Source: Octopus vulgaris (Eukaryota). Taken from it: a stretch of 64,000 nucleotides of DNA. How positions within the stretch are numbered: position 1 is the stretch's first letter; each line of letters opens with the position of its first letter. Under the pieces are notes generated by a model. It searched no databases and had not been told where the DNA came from. It worked only from the letters and a program-made list of their open reading frames with translations. This document shows positions 14,569 to 27,104 of the stretch, piece after piece. The stretch is from contig OX597826.1 in assembly GCA_951406725.2 (NCBI GenBank), forward strand, positions 69,998,001 through 70,062,000. The letters run 5' to 3'. The position numbers and the translations under genes were made by a program.

Positions 14569-14631
14569 TTTATATCTTCTGGGGGAGTTACCTCAATCCT
14601 TTATATATTATTATAATTATCATTGTTGTTG

Positions 14632-14701
<70 letters not shown>

Positions 14702-15292
14702 GTTGCCTCTTTTTTCTTTTCGGGGTCAGCACACTGGTGGGTTTACTGTCAGCACTTTGTCGGAAAACAATTGGAAGGACGCCATTATAGTAAAAGCTGT
14801 CGTCCTTATGAAACCAAATTTCAAGATTATTATTATTATTGTTTATATTTTATCTCTTTGGTGTCATAAATTTGATGAAATGTCTAAACACCTGCACGTT
14901 GTATACAAAAAATGCGATGGCTATCGAAAATTGTTTCTGTCACTTTGTAGCAATTCCAGGGTGTTTTTTTTATTATTTTTACTTTTAGCTTTTCCGGAAA
15001 AGCTGTTTCGTGAAAAGTTAGTCGTTGCCAGATGTGTTATATTCTATGTATTGTGATAAATATATCACATCACGGTTTACTTTGCATAACAAGCTCAGAT
15101 ACACAGAGAAAATCGTAACGAAATACCGCGACGTATTTTATGCAATGTTTTTTCTAATCTACCAATCTACCACAAATATTATTATTGTTGTTGTTATTGT
15201 TGTTATCATCATAATAATAATAATGATGATGATAATGATGATGATGATATATGATGATGATGATGATAGTGATGATGATGATGATGATGATA

Positions 15293-16092
15293 CTTAATTC
15301 GTTTATTGGCCACAAGGACATTAAAACACATACAACATCATAAAACATTAAAACAGGACGATACAATGGGTTTTAGAACGTGTAAACAATATAAATAACA
15401 ATTTAAAACTACCAAGAAGTGGGGCGCTTTAAGGACTTCATGGAAAAAACCCACAAAAGCCACGGGTGCCTGAACAACAGGGAAAGAGCCCTTCCTTTGT
15501 TTACAGGTGCACGCTCAGAATTGGTCCTTCACACTGGCCATTCTTCCAACATTCACCCACCTTTCAACAAACTTGCTACAAGGCAACACTGCCCTCTCCA
15601 CGCTCAATTTCCTTTTTAAGTGAAACTTGAAGAAGTTGGTGAGGGCTTGGCCAAAGAGGAAAGTTCCTGTCTTTAGCCCTTTCAAACGGGTCCACCGTAC
15701 TACCCCTTTCGCTACATCCACTAGACAAATAAAAATTGCCTTCCCCTCCCAGCCAAAAGAGGGTGGTGGAGCAATGTTCACAATATATTCAGCTGATAGC
15801 CGGATCCGTCTACACGCGACAGCAGGTGTTCGACATAAACCCACAGGTCAGCAATACTCGGGCACTGGACTTAGGGCGTGCAGAACGGTTTCATCGCTCT
15901 GGACGCACCTCGGGCAGGGCCGGGTGACAGCACTTCCGTGCCTGTAAAGTTTATTCCGAGCAGGCAGCGCCCCTCAGTAGCACTGCCAGGCAAGGGATTT
16001 CTGGAAGTTATCCATAGGTCAAGGCCCGAAAGTTCTAGACCCGTTAGTTGATTTTCATCGACGCCCAGAATTTCCTCGAGAACGTCGTCAGC
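15293..16092 (-). mobile_element. Tx1-like LINE 3' fragment (divergent subfamily) ending at (ATC)n
   Basis: PPPSFGWEGKAIFICLVDVAKGVVRWTRLKGLKTGTFLFGQALTNFFKFHLKRK...RWVNVGRMA is clearly homologous to the 54557-55216 protein. The 3' end reads GTGGCCAATAAACGAATTAAG-TATC(ATC)n. Confidence 0.85.
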
Positions 16093-16093
16093 G

Positions 16094-16634
16094 GTGCATG
16101 CCATCAAAGTGACACTGGGGTAAAATATACGAAGCCCAATATACCCATCATGACTACCCGTCTGATAAAGTTATACCAGGAACATGCATCACAACCATAT
16201 GTGCGCGACATGGTGATCTCATATCAAGATAAACAGCGCATGACCTTGCAGGTGGGGCCCAGTTAGAATTTTCTTCTGGTCGAGGAACCCATCCCACTCA
16301 AAAGGTCCCTGAATAAGGGTTGTTTAAGGATGTTGAACGAACCACCCATGTTTCCAGAGGTGAATTATTCAAACCCCAAAGAATCCCTCTCAACACATGG
16401 CTATGATGCTCTCCCACTACTTCTGCTCGTGATCAGAGAGGCACATATCGTCAGCCATTAAGGGACATGCTCAACTGGTTAAGGTCAAACAACTGACAAG
16501 CAAATCTGTGGTATTGAACAGAATATTTGCTGTAGCCCATCTTTTATACCAAAACAAAACAATGTACATGATAACACTTCCAGTCAGTTAAGATCAGGAT
16601 CCACGAGAGCCACTGCCTGGTATTGCATCAGGGC

Positions 16635-16638
<4 letters not shown>
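16094..16638 (-). mobile_element. Longest copy (~545 bp) of the non-coding (TAA)n-associated retroelement
   Basis: Starts AAATGCCCTGATGC directly after (TAA)n. Homologous to 48888-49170, 57712-57937, 57969-58436 and 12072-12251. Confidence 0.85.
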
Positions 16639-16716
<78 letters not shown>

Positions 16717-16764
16717 ATTATTATTATTATTATTATCATCATCATCATTATTATTATTAGTATT

Positions 16765-16907
16765 ATAGCAAACTAAATGTTTTCTCTCTTTTAGAATTAT
16801 ATGCACTATTCAAATAGTTGCCCAGTTGTATACATTTCTAGGTTTTCTCTGTCTCAATTTAATCTGTTTCCAGTTTCGTCCGTGCTTCGTTTTGAATTCT
16901 GAAGCTA

Positions 16908-16977
<70 letters not shown>

Positions 16978-17072
16978 CATTACCATTATTATTATTATTA
17001 TCATTACCATTATTATTATTATTATTACCATTATTATTATTATTATCATTACCATTATTATTATTATTATTA

Positions 17073-17115
<43 letters not shown>

Positions 17116-17144
17116 CATTACCATTATTATTATTATTATCATCA

Positions 17145-17199
<55 letters not shown>

Positions 17200-17324
17200 C
17201 ATTACCATTATTATTATTATTATCATTACCATTATTATTATTATTATTATCATTATTATTATTATTATTATTATCATCATCATTATTATTATTATTATCA
17301 TTACCATTATTATTATTATTATTA

Positions 17325-17379
<55 letters not shown>

Positions 17380-17457
17380 CATCATCATTATTATTATTAT
17401 TATCATTACCATTATTATTATTATTATCATTACCATTATTATTATTATTATCATTAC

Positions 17458-17512
<55 letters not shown>

Positions 17513-17713
17513 GGTACTTGACATTACAGAACGTGTATTATTTTAGCTCCTAATAAACTGTCATGAGAGATAGCAAACTAAATGTTTTCTCTCTTTTTAG
17601 AATTATATGCACTATTCAAATAGTTGCCCAGTTGTATACATTTCTAGGTTTTCTCTGTCTCAATTTAATCTGTTTCCAGTTTCGGCCGTGCTTCGTTTTG
17701 AATTCTGAAGCTA
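16765..17713 (+). repeat. 143/144-bp direct duplication (16765-16907 and 17570-17713) bracketing the TTA array
   Basis: ATAGCAAACTAAATG...TTCTGAAGCTA occurs twice with about 2 differences. Confidence 0.9.
16907..17512. repeat. ~600-bp (TTA)n microsatellite with recurring TCATTACCA interruptions
   Basis: Read directly from the sequence. Confidence 0.95.
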
Positions 17714-19277
17714 GATTCTTGCCTAAACGCAACGGTTGTTTATTGCCTTCATTAACCCTTCGACTGCGTAATTAAATTTCATGGTCATTCCTGTAATGAT
17801 GGTAATTATCAATTAAGGAAATATAATTTATGTCATCTCTTGAAGGTGAAGTTTTCATCTCAAATTATTTGATTCTATAATGATAAATGCGAAATTCTGT
17901 CTGCCTGTCCCTCCGTCTGGGATCCCTGTATCTCAATCTACATTTGCTCTACTTAGACATATGGTACCTTTTTGGAATCAGGATGATCCCCGGGATCGGA
18001 AAATCTGTCTTTCATTTAGTTCTTGAACATCCAGCATTGGGATCGAGTTTGGATAAGGATTTATTATATGCTAACAGTTGAAAATGCAAATTTTAAAACA
18101 AGTCAAAAAATTTGGGAACTTACAAGTTTATCATTTAAACTGAATTTAATGTAAAACCATATTGGTAGGGTAATACTATACTGATAAGGTCTTTTTTTCC
18201 TGTCTTTAACCCTCCAATGCGGAGTATAGGCCACTTATAGTTGAATTTCATGTCGCATAATTTTTCGCTTTTGTACATTTGGCGTGTCTTTTCTAATTGT
18301 ACTACCAATCCACTTCCACTTTTTCTTAAATATTTGCTCCCTAATCGAAACTTGATTTGTTCTTTGATACTAATAGGGTACCAATAAATATTTCATTATT
18401 ATGGTTCTCTTTAGTTTTGGGCTGCAGGCCCAGTTAGCCCTCCACAGGTGCTATCTCAAAAGTCTGCAGGGAGTACGGCTTTTAAGCTAGTGATGGAATA
18501 TATGGAGAAAAAAAAGAATATAGAAAATTTAGAAAAAGTGTCTTTTGTTAAAAGTATTACTAGGAGTGTCTCCGTTTTTTGGAGTACAAGGAGAAGATTT
18601 TTTTAAAGCTGTGGCTTAAAACCGCTTTCCGCAGTCAACGGAGATAAAAAATTTTAGCGTATATATATGTTTCCACGTTCAAAGGTTTAAGAGATGGAAT
18701 GAGAATAAGCGTTAAAACCAAATTCAATTTCGAAGAAAATAGAAAAAGAATGAACCGAGATGAACTAAGTTGAGTCACTAACTTTACGATGACCATTGCT
18801 GCATTCCATTACACTTCAAATGTTGCCAAATATCACCATAAAAATTGTTAAATGCTATTAAATTATAGACTTTATGTTAGTAAATCCATTGGGGTTAGTT
18901 TGTTGCAACAAATAAGAGCCGAGCCATAGTCAATTAGAAGTTGTTTGATCGTTCGAATACAGATGGAAATTTTTCTGAAGAGCGCATAACACATTTAATG
19001 AAACGTCTGAGTATACCTAAGGTCATCGTAGTAGGTTGGTTTATATCCAAAACGGTCAAGAGAGTTGTTCAAATGATGGAAAACATAACTTCTCGGAAGA
19101 ATGCCTTACGTAAATATAAACATAATTATTTTTTTGTTTTTGTGTTTGGTTTGTAAGATTTTCTTATGTGAACTTGTGTGTTGAAACATATTTGTGTGTA
19201 CGTCGAGAGGGTCATTATGCCAATTATAAACACACTCTGATTTTATTTCACTTCTTTTTCCTTATTAGTTACAGAGA

Positions 19278-19606
19278 CGCTAGCACACTGGACAAAAAAG
19301 TTTAGGGTATTTCTTCTGGCTTTACGTTCTAAGTTCAAATTCCGCCAAGGGTTACTTTGCTCGTCGCCCATTCGGGGTCAATAAAATTAGTAACAGTTGA
19401 GCACTAAGGTCGACAAAATTGACAAGCATTCTTCCTCAAAGTTTCAGGCTATGTGCCTGTAATAGAAAGAATTATTCTTTTCTACTCTAGGCACCAGGCC
19501 CGAAATTTGGAGGGAGGGGGCCAGACGATTAGATCGACCCCAGTACGCAACTGGTACTTAATCTTTCGACCCCGAAATGATGAAAGGCAAAGTCGACTTC
19601 GGCGGA
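19278..19606. mobile_element. Degenerate SINE B (+) followed by an inverted partial SINE B (-)
   Basis: Family B core is present on both strands. AGAAAGAATTATT flanks the second piece. Confidence 0.65.
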
Positions 19607-19629
19607 ACAGAAAGAATTATTATTTGTCA

Positions 19630-20196
19630 ATTCGTTGGTTTATAGTCAATCGCCTGTCATCTAATTACTATGTGGTGAGCACCATCAATGTTTTCCTCGG
19701 TGGTGGCCGTTGCAGGAAGTCCAGACCTTGGGTCATCTATAAGACTCTGCCTTTCTGTTATGTCGCACGTTCGGCTGACCTCTACTACTCTCTGCTACTC
19801 TTCTCTGACGTCTAGACTTCTCCCTCTATATCTACGTATTGGGATAGTCTACTTCATCGTCTGGGGGCGTCCACACAACACTTTCCCTCCTAAATTCAGC
19901 TGCCCGCTTTTGCGTTGTTCATAGAGCTGGAGCTGGAGTCATCACCCAATGTAGCAACCATGTCAGCATGCATGTTCATGGAAGCTAAACCGTTTTTTTT
20001 TTCTGTGAGTAGGTCATAACACTACGATGCCAAATTGTGTCTAATTTCACGGAAATCATTACTAATTACTGCTGCAGTCTTCTTTGAGCACTCAGATGTC
20101 AATTTGAAAGAAACAATGCTGTTATTAATAAGATTTTCACAGCTCTAGTATCACTCCTTCTTAATCAGCCTAGGAACTTTTCAGCCCAACTTCGTA
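19630..20196 (-). mobile_element. Mariner relic (5' TIR plus N-terminal transposase) with an internal insert
   Basis: Minus translation DMVATLGDD...AAEFRR...DDPRSGLPATATTEENIDGAHH...DDRRLTINQ. TIR-like AGGAACTTTTCAGCCCAACTTCGTA at ~20171-20196. Confidence 0.75.
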
Positions 20197-20570
20197 ACTA
20201 ATTACCGAAAATCGATTGTTTGATTAATCGTTCGATCGATCAATCAATTCGCAACCTTATCAATGACATGCTTTCTTTTAATCGAGGTCTGCTTTAGGTC
20301 ATATATGAGGAGCTTACTTTCAAAACCGGCATAAGTGCATATTTGATCGATTTCATGATAACCATTAAAACACAATCTGCAAGCTGCTCGCTCCACGCAC
20401 GTGGAATTTTTGTCAGTCAAGCTGCGATAGACGCCATATTGACATGTAGGCGAATCTTAGACTTCCAATCAAAATCAGACATATTCAAGCTGATGTTTTA
20501 AACAATTACTCCATAAGTCATTTCGATGCGTATATCTGGTTTTGAAAGTAAGCTTTTCATATATTCTTTA

Positions 20571-20704
20571 TACGAGGGGGTGTATGAAAAGTTTTGTGCC
20601 TTCAAGGCCTTTGAGACTTGAAGTTTTGTACCTTCATCAGAAGTCTTGTACCATGTTTTGTTTTGTCTTTTTTGAGGCTCAAGTCTTTTCATACATCCCT
20701 CGTA
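20571..20704. mobile_element. Mariner-type MITE (~130 bp) with TA target site
   Basis: Left TIR TACGAGGGGGTGTATGAAAAGTTTTGTGCCT. Right TIR (reverse complement) TACGAGGGATGTATGAAAAGACTTGAGCCT. Confidence 0.85.
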
Positions 20705-21289
20705 TATTTTATTTACAAGCTATATTCGAGATTCATTCATTTAGTTTATTTCATTTACATAAACATTGATCATGGCCCAGACTTATGTTGCAGAGCAACT
20801 GCGGTACTCCGGCATAGCCAGTGTCTTTGGTTCTAACAATGTGTATAAATGCTGCCTTTAGCCCAGTGATCCTCAACCAATGTGCCACGCCGTGGGACTG
20901 AACCCGGAAACATGTGGTTAGTAAGCAAGCTTCTTACCACACAGCCACTCCTGCACCTATACGTATGTATTTATATCCCACACACATATTTATATCTATT
21001 TTGTTTTTCATGCAACAATTAACTTTAGGAATTCAGGACACACACACGCACACACGCACACACACACACACACACACACGCACAACACTGATGATTCCCT
21101 TCATTGCAATACATTGATTGTGACTCCCTTGGGAGTCTAAATAAGATTTCGTTGTTAAAATTTATGTGCCCTAAATTGCTTTATAAATATATCTCAATAT
21201 TTTTTAATACAATTCCTAATAATATTTAATTCTGAAAGTATTGAAAGAATTTTTTAAAACATGAAATAGTGATGAGGGGTCCATCTGTA

Positions 21290-21548
21290 AAAGTAAAGGT
21301 AAAGTTACCTGTTCGAGTCATGCCGACTCATTGGGGCCGGTTTCGCATGTATTCCTCACCTGGACGGGACGCCGGTACGTCGCAGGATTACTCATTTTTA
21401 CCAGCTGAGTGGACTGGAGCAGCATGAAATTAAGTGTTTTGCTCAAGAACTCAACCCAAGAACACAATTCCTGGTCCAGGAATCGAAACCACATTCTTAC
21501 GATGAGTCCAATACCTAACTACTAAACATCCTAACCACTAAGCCACAC
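21290..21548 (-). mobile_element. tRNA-derived SINE family C variant with TTTACC-type tail
   Basis: GTGTGGCTTAGTGGTTAGG...GGTTTCGATTCCTGG...GCTCCAGTCCACTCAGCTGG...CGTCCCGTCCAGG...AACTTTACCTTTAC. Confidence 0.7.
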
Positions 21549-22000
21549 GTCTGGGTAAAACATGAATCAAAGGGCTCCATAGAGGAGAAAATAGTTCACA
21601 AATTAACATGTACTACGATATTAGTGTGTGCTTTCTTACAATGTACATATTGCGTGAGTCAATGAGTGAGTGTGTGTATGTGTATGTGTGTGTGCGTGTG
21701 TGTGTGCTTATGTATATGTATATGTGGGTAGGTGTGTCTAAGAACAAATGGAAAAGAAAGGAGAAGGAGAAGGGGGAATGGGTGAGAGAAATAGGAAGGG
21801 TTATATAGTTAGACTGAGAACAATGTCTACGTAATTTCGGTAAATTTGATAGAATTGACACAAATAAGCAATCAACGAACACGTGATAAACTGTCACTCC
21901 TTGACACACACACACACTCACACACACACTCACACACACACTCACACACACACTCACAGACACACTCACAGACACACTCACACACACTCACACACACACT

Positions 22001-22031
<31 letters not shown>

Positions 22032-22187
22032 CTAAGTATAGGTATGTATATGTATATGTATATCTATATATATATATGTAGGTGTGAATGTGTATAAATA
22101 CATAGATACATATATATACACACAAATATATACATATATGCATACGCACAGACACATATATATTTAAATAGAGATATACACATATAG

Positions 22188-22241
<54 letters not shown>

Positions 22242-22616
22242 ATGTATATGTATATGTGTATATATATATGTGTGTGTGTGTGTGTGTATGTATGTATTAT
22301 GTATATTTCTTTTAGTTCTTGTATTTCTTCTACCTGTTTCAGTCATTTGACTGCGGCCATTCTGGGGCTCCGCCTTTGGACGAACAATTTGACCCCGGGG
22401 CTTATTTTTTGTAAGCCTATTTTATCGGTCTGTTTTGCTGGGCCATTAAGTTACGGAACGTAAACACACCAGCATCGGTTGTCAAGTGATGGTGGGAGGT
22501 GGGGGGAACACAGACACACAAATACATATATACATACATATATATAAATTATTATAAATTCAACTTCGGTGGTGTTTTGACCATATCTAATTTAAACTGG
22601 TCGTGTGCATACGTGC

Positions 22617-22665
<49 letters not shown>

Positions 22666-22795
22666 ATATATATGTTATATATATATATATATATATATAT
22701 GTTTATACGTGCGTATATGTAAGTATTCGTATATATATATATATATATATATATGCATACATTTGTATTTATGTAATATTTTGTGTGTATTCCAC

Positions 22796-22857
22796 TGATT
22801 CCACTGAAGAGGCAAAACATTTCTTATGCAAAGTCAGAAATCCGGGATCTGGAATTA
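22796..22857 (+). ncRNA. Type I minimal hammerhead ribozyme-like motif
   Basis: Stem I TGATTCCA/TGGAATTA, core CTGAAGA (22804-22810), GGC...GTC-A-GAAA, palindromic stem III ATCC-G-GGAT, cleavage triplet ATC. Confidence 0.6.
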
Positions 22858-22993
22858 TCCAATAATTTTTTGCTAGTTTATTTTGTCCCTTTGTCTTCTC
22901 TCCTGGTGCTGTATGAACATTTAATGTGGTTTTAGAGTCAAGTTTTGGCTGCTATATCTAGCATGGTGGTACTTAGACACCCTTAATTATAAT

Positions 22994-23025
<32 letters not shown>

Positions 23026-23027
23026 CA

Positions 23028-23106
<79 letters not shown>

Positions 23107-23134
23107 GTAAATGTAATAGGTGACAATTATTCGG

Positions 23135-23208
23135 TAGCCATGATAAAACTCCGAGTTTCGGATGCCGAGGTGGAAATCCACGCCGCCATCTCTTCAGTTA
23201 TCCGGCTA
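23135..23208 (-). ncRNA. Type I hammerhead ribozyme-like motif in an inverted pLTR-like repeat
   Basis: Minus strand: TAGCC-G-GATAA CTGAAGA GATG...GTGG ATTT CCAC...CATC C GAAA CTC-G-GAG T T TTATC-AT-GGCTA. Flanked by a 16-bp inverted repeat (23103-23118 / 23222-23237). Confidence 0.7.
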
Positions 23209-23546
23209 TCGGAAAAATACATATTACATTTACAGATAAATTCTTCTATTTACATAATAGAGAGGTCTCTTTCATTGTTTTGTTGTCTTACCATTTTTAT
23301 CAATATATAGATATATATATATATATGTACGGCGGGCTTCTTTCAGTTTCCGTCTACCAAATCCACTCACAGGGAAGACATTTACCCAATGTGCTACGCA
23401 GTGGGACTGAACCCGGAACCATGTGGTTAGTAAACAAGCTTCTTACCGCACAGCCACTCCTGCACCTATATGTATGTTATTTATATCCCACACACATATT
23501 TATACATATTTTGTTTTTATATGCAACAATTAACTTTAGGAATTCA

Positions 23547-24010
<464 letters not shown>

Positions 24011-24232
24011 ACAACACTTATGATTCACTTCATTGCAATACAATTAATGTGACACAACCTTTCAACAGCCCAGAGTCGAAACTGCAATCTTAGTGTTATG
24101 GAGCAAACAAACATCCCATTTAACACCTCAAAAAAAATCTATCCCCACCCCCATCACTTCCTTCTCTCTTTATCCCTCTCCCTCTCTCTCTCTTTCTTCC
24201 TCTCTCCCTCTCTCTCTCTCTCTTTCTCTCTT

Positions 24233-24263
<31 letters not shown>

Positions 24264-24433
24264 CTCTCCCTCTCAAAATAATTAACTACGTATAACAACA
24301 ATACTTCGCTGTCATCTCAACATGAGAATCGCGTGCGTTTCATCAGTTATTTTTCGATTTCAAATTCTTGTTTGCAAATGTATAAACGATTAATATATAT
24401 GTGTGTCCATGTGTGTGTGTGTATATATGTATG

Positions 24434-24481
<48 letters not shown>

Positions 24482-24599
24482 TATATACACACATATATAT
24501 ATATATATATATTCATATATATGTATCTGTGTTCATGCAGGTGTTTTTATATAAGTGTATAATTTATATATATATATATATATATACATCACACATACA

Positions 24600-24650
<51 letters not shown>

Positions 24651-24883
24651 GCTCCCTCACACTCAAAAGACACCATACACATATGCATACAAACATACAG
24701 CCATATTTAGAATTTAGAGAGAACAGGAGTGAAAGTGATATATACATACACACACACACACACACGCATACATACATACATACATACATACATACATACA
24801 TACATACACACACATATATACATACATACACACGTACATACACACACACTTTTATATATACATACATACATACATACATACAT

Positions 24884-24938
<55 letters not shown>

Positions 24939-25749
24939 ACAATATCGCCGTCTGTGTTTTGTGTCCGTCTGAAGCTAAAATGTAAACATGGTTTTATGTA
25001 ATTGTAGCACTTATTTCAAAAACAGCCAGCAAGGAAAGGCAGACAAATAATACTTGTAGACATTCGCTAATCTATGTAATTTGATGGATATTTGATTAAT
25101 TTTCTATTATATTGAGATTTTATGTGTAATTCTGCTTCAAACTGTCAGGAGAGGACCAATAAACACTGGAATATTTAGTTGTTTATTAGTTGAATACAAC
25201 CCACTCTCGTCGGCAAATAAATTTAGCAAACTTTTAGCCGCAGTCCTAAGAAGCTGACGAAAGTCTGCGTAGGCAGGAATTAATTGAAATGAAAATTCGT
25301 AAAATGTCGATGAAAATCAATTGTTTCCAGAAGTGAGGAGTCTATTGCTTAGAGATTTCTTCGTGCTTTCAAAAACAGCTTGGCCACAGAAAATTCCCTC
25401 TATTTTTTCTGCTTTTTCGCTGAGTGAGCAATGGAGAAATAAATTCTTCTTTTCACTTCTCAGTTCAACCAAATGCTTCGATATTCATTTAACCACTTTT
25501 TTTTTTTCAGGAATATTTCTATAGAAAAATGTTGTAGGGTACATAAAAAAAATGTCATAAGACATTGTTGTTTGGTTAAGAATCACACACTTGGCAACCA
25601 AATTAATTTCTTGGCATCTTAAGGACAAGTGTCCTTCTACTGTATTGACGGGTGGACCAATGTTTTATGAGTGAATTTGGTAGACGAGAACTGTGTGGAG
25701 AACGATCACACATTCCGTGTCGTATTAGCATCCCTGTTTGCTGATTTAA

Positions 25750-26076
25750 CACTCGCCTCTCTGGGGCAGCGAGCACGTCAATTCATCTACGAGCGAGAAT
25801 TCACCTACGAAGCAATTGCCCCAGCTCCCCTTCAGGGTTGGCGAAAGCGATGTGGAGGACAACAAAAAACCTGGCTGATGACAGTCAAGGCTGATCTGGA
25901 ACCCAACCTAGGCCCCCATAACTACGGCATTCGCCGCTGGAATAAGGAGTGGCTGGAGATCACGCGGTCGTTAGCCTCAAATTGCCAGGCCTGGTCGGCT
26001 CTTGTGAGAGATGCAGCATTGAGGATGAATGAAGCCAGCTCAACCCACCCCGGGTGAATGCTGTCTCAAGACAAGA
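25750..26076 (+). mobile_element. RTE-clade LINE 3' end
   Basis: PLQGWRKRCGGQQKTWLMTVKADLEPNLGPHNYGIRRWNKEW...LASNCQAWSALVRDA is a typical RTE C-terminus, followed by a short CAAGA-type tail. Confidence 0.85.
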
Positions 26077-26179
26077 AAAGAAGAATCACACATTGCTCAG
26101 TGGTTAAGGTGCTGCACTCACAATTGCGAAATCGTAGGTTCGACTCGTGTATCTGAATTCATATTCATATATATATATA

Positions 26180-26248
<69 letters not shown>

Positions 26249-26266
26249 ACGCACATACACACACAA

Positions 26267-26324
<58 letters not shown>

Positions 26325-26431
26325 ATCGATTTGTTCGATGAAAACCCTACAAAGCTGTGCCCTAGCATAAATGTCTGGAAAAGAAAAATTGCTTCAAAAA
26401 TGTGTTGGACGCTTGATATTGAAACCCTTAT

Positions 26432-26666
26432 TTTATTTCTTTACTGCCCACAAGGGGCTACATACAGAAGGGACGACCAAGGACAGACAAACGGATTAAG
26501 TCGATTATACCGACCCAAGTGCGTAACTGGTACTTATTTAATCGACCCCGAAAGGATGAAAGGCAAAGTCGACCTCGGCGGAATTTGAACTCAGAACGTA
26601 ACGGCAGACGAACTACCGCTAAGCATTTCGCCCGGCGCGCTAACATTTCTGACATCTTGCCGCCTT
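26432..26666 (-). mobile_element. SINE family B full monomer with Tx1-like tail and 15-bp TSD
   Basis: TSD TATTGAAACCCTTAT at 26417-26431 and 26667-26681. Confidence 0.9.
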
Positions 26667-27063
26667 TATTGAAACCCTTATCAACTCGCTTGCCGCACTC
26701 CGTTTCTCAAAACCCTTTCGCGCTTTGTAGGCATTATCGATGTCCGCGGCCTTCCATAGTATTTCTTGTGAACATCCTCATTAGTTTTATCAGCTCCAAC
26801 CTTATTTCCAATTCGAGTGTTGGTAAGTAGCGTGGGTGGATTCGTTTAAAACTACCCCACGAAACCGTCTAAGCACTTCGACTGCATTTCCAAACTTCCA
26901 TTAACATTTCCGCCTAAATTTCCTTTGTTCAAAGCTCAGCCTGGCTCCCTTCGTTATTTCTAATGGGTTAAACCTAAAAGGAAATGAAAATTAAGTGAAT
27001 TATCAGCTGCTAAAGTATGCATATATTTTGGGGACACTCTATGAATGCACGTGCGTGTGTGTC

Positions 27064-27104
<41 letters not shown>

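Noticed and set aside
16560-16638. HDV-like or hammerhead ribozyme in the TAA element
   Set aside because: I could not find a P1 complement for an HDV fold. The CTGACGA at ~58062 lacks a matching GAAA and stem III.
18206-18690. piggyBac-like MITE (TTAACCC...GGTTTAA)
   Set aside because: The terminal repeats are too degenerate to support.
25250-25300. CTGACGA followed by a CTGC/GCAG hairpin as a hammerhead
   Set aside because: GAAT replaces GAAA and there is no stem I.
26090-26150. tRNA gene candidates (also 27616, 32900, 60000)
   Set aside because: A and B boxes are present but there is no complete cloverleaf. They are SINE heads.
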